From contig JAKSVV010000002.1 of NCBI GenBank assembly GCA_024407775.1, positions 1 through 47,728 on the forward strand: DNA of 47,728 nt, read 5' to 3'. Shown here one piece after another: positions 44,601-47,728 of this stretch; position 1 is the stretch's first letter, and the number at the start of each line of letters is the position of its first letter. The stretch is from Clostridia bacterium (GTDB taxonomy: Bacteria; Bacillota; Clostridia; Lachnospirales; JAKSVV01). Below the pieces are notes generated by a model. It did no database searches, was not told the DNA's origin, and saw only the letters and a program-made list of their open reading frames with translations. Position numbers and translations under genes: made by a program.

Positions 44601-46865
44601 TTAATTTGCATTAACAATAACTGTTGTTCCTTTATCAAGTTTTACTCCTTGTAATGGAACTTGTTTATTAACAATTTTATCTTTTAATGTATCGTCATAA
44701 ACTACTTTTAGTCCCGATGTTGTAATTTGTTTACAAGCATCTTCATATGTTTGACCAATTAAATTTGGCATAGTAATTAATTGCCCTGTTGTACTTGATA
44801 CATTAAGTGTAACTGATCCATTATAAGATAATTTTGTTCCTGGTGCAGGACTTTGAGATGTGATTGATGTTCCTTCACCATTTATTTTATAAGTTAAATT
44901 ACTATTTTGAATCATATTAATTGCTTCAACTAATGAATAATTTGTATATGTTCCTACTGTAACTTTAGTATTAATACTATCAGTTGAATATGTGAAATTA
45001 GATTTTGGGACTCCTAAATATTGAAGTACTTTTTCTAAAATTTCTTTTGATGTTTTACCTGCAACAGTTGAACCAAATAGTGTTTCCCCTACTGGATCAT
45101 CAACTGAAACAATAAGAGCTATCTTTGGATCATTAACTGGTGCAAATGATACGAATGAAGTAACAACCTTACCAAGTTCTCTTGGAAGTTTTTCAGATGT
45201 ACCTGTTTTACCACCAATTGCATAACCATCTATTTGAATACCTTTAGCAAGACCATCGTCTACGCAAGATTTTAAATATGATTTCATTAAGTTAGATACT
45301 TCATCAGAAATTACTCTTCTTATTTCAAGTGGAGAGTTTTGATATAATGTTGCACCTTGTGAATCTACAACTTCTGATACAACATATGGTCTCATTAATT
45401 TTCCACCATTTATAACACTACAAAATGCTGTTATCATTTGTAATGGAGTAACTTGGAATGATTGTCCGAATGATGATGTTGCAAGTTCTGTATCATTTAA
45501 TTTTTCAACGCTATACATAAGTGTTGCACCACTTGCTTCACCAGGCAAATCAATTCCTGTTTTTTCTCCTATACCATATGATTTTTGATATGCATAGAAT
45601 TTTTTTCTTTTTAATTTTTGTGCTATTTCCATAACACCAACGTTACATGATTTTTGAAGAACTTGTTTTGCATTTAATGTTCCGTGATGTCCCATACATC
45701 CGATATATTTATCTGCAACTTGTAATCCTCCATTACATGTAAATGCTGAATTTTCAGTTATTATTCCTTCTTCAAAAGCTGCTGCAACAAGTAATGGTTT
45801 AAAAATTGAACCCGGTTCAATTGTATCTGTTATTGCAACATTTTTATGAAGTAAAGATAATTTATCTGATTCATTAATTGTTATTAATTGATCATCATAA
45901 GTTCCTGTTGCTTTATTATATGTTTTTGCAATTTGATCTGCTTTTTGAAACTTATTAAATATATGTTGATAATATTCTGATGATATATCATTAGGATTAT
46001 TTAAATCAAAGTAAGGATAACATGCCATCGCAAGAACTTCTCCTGTTGATGGATTCATTACAATGATTGATGCTTTTAATGGGTCGAATTGTTCTTCGAT
46101 ATTTTTCTTTAATGCATCTTCAACATATGTTTGAATATTTTTATCAATAGTTAAAACTAAATTAGCTCCATCTTTGGCAGCTATAGTTTGGTTAGATGGT
46201 ATGTTATCTTCAAATGTAACATATTCTCTTCCCGCTGTTCCTTTTAAATATTTATCATATTCATATTCAAGTCCCCATCTCCCTGTTCCATTAGTTGCAA
46301 AACCAATTAAGTGACATGCAAATGTATTACCTAAATATTCTCTTTTAAAATCTTCTTCAAAAGTTATTCCAGGAATTTTTTGTTCACTAAATGTTTCTGA
46401 TAATTCCTCTTTCAATTCTTTTGAAATTGCTTTTTTCATTATTATATATTTTCTTGTATTTTGTATTAGTGCTTTATCAACTTCTTCAGCACTAACATCT
46501 AATTTTTGTTTCATTATATCTTTTAATTTAACTAGTTCTTCTTGATCCATATTTGTCATATTAGATGGGTCAAAAATTACATTATAAACTCTTTTACTAA
46601 ATACTAGTGAGTAACCATTTCTATCTGTCATAGAACCACGAATAGCTTGAATAATTTTATTATTCTTATCTGTTTGTTGTAAGTTTATAATCTTACTATA
46701 TTCGCTTCCATGAACAATTTGAATGAATGCAATACGGACTAATAAACAAATTAATAGTAACACAAAAACAAGGCATAAGCCAATTGACCTATTCCTTGTT
46801 CTGTCTTTGGGTATTAAATTTTTACCATTAATATTTCTCTTAGTTTTTTCTTTTTTGTTACTCAT
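44601..46865 (-). CDS. class B penicillin-binding protein (FtsI/PBP2B-like) with C-terminal PASTA domains
   Basis: N-terminal TM anchor. SxxK (GSIFKP), SxN (KSCNVG) and KTG (GGKTGTSE). Two PASTA-like repeats at the C-terminus (VTVGTYTNYSLVEAINMI..., ITMPNLIGQTYEDACKQI...). Confidence 0.9.
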   Translation of the reverse strand: MSNKKEKTKRNINGKNLIPKDRTRNRSIGLCLVFVLLLICLLVRIAFIQIVHGSEYSKIINLQQTDKNNKIIQAIRGSMTDRNGYSLVFSKRVYNVIFDPSNMTNMDQEELVKLKDIMKQKLDVSAEEVDKALIQNTRKYIIMKKAISKELKEELSETFSEQKIPGITFEEDFKREYLGNTFACHLIGFATNGTGRWGLEYEYDKYLKGTAGREYVTFEDNIPSNQTIAAKDGANLVLTIDKNIQTYVEDALKKNIEEQFDPLKASIIVMNPSTGEVLAMACYPYFDLNNPNDISSEYYQHIFNKFQKADQIAKTYNKATGTYDDQLITINESDKLSLLHKNVAITDTIEPGSIFKPLLVAAAFEEGIITENSAFTCNGGLQVADKYIGCMGHHGTLNAKQVLQKSCNVGVMEIAQKLKRKKFYAYQKSYGIGEKTGIDLPGEASGATLMYSVEKLNDTELATSSFGQSFQVTPLQMITAFCSVINGGKLMRPYVVSEVVDSQGATLYQNSPLEIRRVISDEVSNLMKSYLKSCVDDGLAKGIQIDGYAIGGKTGTSEKLPRELGKVVTSFVSFAPVNDPKIALIVSVDDPVGETLFGSTVAGKTSKEILEKVLQYLGVPKSNFTYSTDSINTKVTVGTYTNYSLVEAINMIQNSNLTYKINGEGTSITSQSPAPGTKLSYNGSVTLNVSSTTGQLITMPNLIGQTYEDACKQITTSGLKVVYDDTLKDKIVNKQVPLQGVKLDKGTTVIVNAN

Positions 46866-47109
46866 ATTTAATGTCCTAACTAGTTAAAATTTATTCACGT
46901 TCTCACACAATAATCATAATCTACTAAAATATTTTAACTCACCATAGTTTTCATTTTAATATTTCTTGATATACATTTTTGTTTTTTATATTTAAATTCA
47001 TGCTTATATTCCTAGTCAATAAATTAAGTTTACCAGACTTAATTTTTATATCTCATATCCCATAACCAATACAATTACCTTAACAAATTATAATTACATG
47101 AAATAATTA

Positions 47110-47535
47110 TTAATAGGAAATTGTAGCATCTTCATGAGATGTTTCAATGTAAACTTTTTGAGAATCGTTAGCTTCTACCATTCCAAGTTTACCTATTGCT
47201 ATCTTTTTAATATATGCAGCGTCAAGATTTTCTGCAATCTTAACATCAGTATCGATGATTTGATCTTCGATATGTTTTATTTCTGTTTTTCTTAATTCAA
47301 TATTATGATCTAAAGTACAGCATTGTACGTATTGAAATAAAAAGGCAAAAACAGCAACAACTATAAGAGAAACTAAAAATACAGACACTACTGCCATTTT
47401 TGGTTTGCTTTTAGATAAGCCTCTTGTCTTTTCAACTCTAACGTCAAAATTATTTACTTCTCTTTCATAATATCTTTCGTTATATGCTAAATTACTATTA
47501 TAAGAATAATAATTACTTCCATTATAATTTTTCAT
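47110..47535 (-). CDS. ftsL: FtsL-like cell division protein (bitopic, coiled coil)
   Basis: ATG at 47535 after an AGAGGGG RBS. Single TM segment MAVVSVFLVSLIVVAVFAFLF followed by a short helical ectodomain. Position between rsmH and pbp supports the call. Confidence 0.6.
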   Translation of the reverse strand: MKNYNGSNYYSYNSNLAYNERYYEREVNNFDVRVEKTRGLSKSKPKMAVVSVFLVSLIVVAVFAFLFQYVQCCTLDHNIELRKTEIKHIEDQIIDTDVKIAENLDAAYIKKIAIGKLGMVEANDSQKVYIETSHEDATISY

Positions 47536-47551
47536 ATCCTTAATACCCCTC

Positions 47552-47728
47552 TTAGTTTTTCTCAAAAACTCTTAGCTTTGCACTCCTTGCTCGGCTATTA
47601 CTAGTCATCTCCTCAGGTGATGCAATGATTGGTTTATTTGTTATGACTTTACCTTTGCTTTTCTTGCCACACATACACACCGGAAAATCTCTTGGACATA
47701 TACAAGGATTTTCGGCATTTTTAAATTT
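47552..47728 (-). CDS. rsmH: 16S rRNA (cytosine1402-N4)-methyltransferase RsmH, C-terminal fragment (partial, runs off window)
   Basis: Hand translation gives ...[52 protein letters not shown], which matches the conserved RsmH C-terminus (CxCP...CxCG...NxRxRSAKLRv). Confidence 0.85.
   Translation of the reverse strand, partial: KFKNAENPCICPRDFPVCMCGKKSKGKVITNKPIIASPEEMTSNSRARSAKLRVFEKN

Noticed and set aside
1-47728. Searched for CRISPR arrays, tRNA/rRNA genes, transposases, integrases and inverted-repeat-bounded insertion sequences.
   Set aside because: I saw no regularly spaced direct repeats with unique spacers and no cloverleaf-like GC-rich segments in any intergenic region. No ORF had a DDE/serine/tyrosine recombinase motif. 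The GC-richer patches have no recognisable flanking repeats.

Overview
This is a 47.7-kb chromosomal segment from a very AT-rich, low-GC Gram-positive (Bacillota-type) genome. That assignment rests on a T-box leader, HU, ScpAB, the YloV/Asp23 pair, a PASTA-domain PBP and GGAGG-type ribosome binding sites. All calls come from reading the ORF translations and the DNA by eye; no database search was run. Most of the window is housekeeping and lies almost entirely on the minus strand. It includes lepB-rplS, hslO plus a NUDIX gene, an HD-domain dGTPase-like gene, hemolysin-III, YitT, scpB-scpA and an M50 protease. It also includes yloV-asp23, rpmB, hup, mfd-pth-hemW-dut, a DAACS symporter, zapA, T-box-controlled tyrS, glgB and a compact dcw cluster (rsmH'-ftsL-pbp-murE-mraY-ftsW). 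I saw no rRNA, tRNA, CRISPR array, transposase or integrase. The best candidate for a new system is a three-gene minus-strand operon at 35758-39505, wedged between glgB and the end of the dcw cluster. It encodes a 704-aa McrB-family AAA+ GTPase with an unassignable ~200-aa N-terminal domain and a ~135-aa insertion between Walker A and Walker B. Tightly coupled to it are a 482-aa McrC-like partner, whose expected (D/E)xK position reads D-Y-S, and a 55-aa single-pass membrane peptide. Secondary candidates are four compositionally distinct, visibly more GC-rich patches of orphan genes. These are a five-gene islet of small proteins at 3616-5337 (two are paralogous proteins with a transmembrane (TM) helix plus an acidic tail), a self-contained zinc-ribbon plus glycine-zipper peptide cassette at 11036-11523, two orphan genes at 19058-21352, and an L,D-transpeptidase bracketed by terminators at 39593-40510. 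Other oddities are a 52-bp promoter-like tandem repeat aimed at the 3' end of hup and long acidic tails on both ScpA and ScpB.
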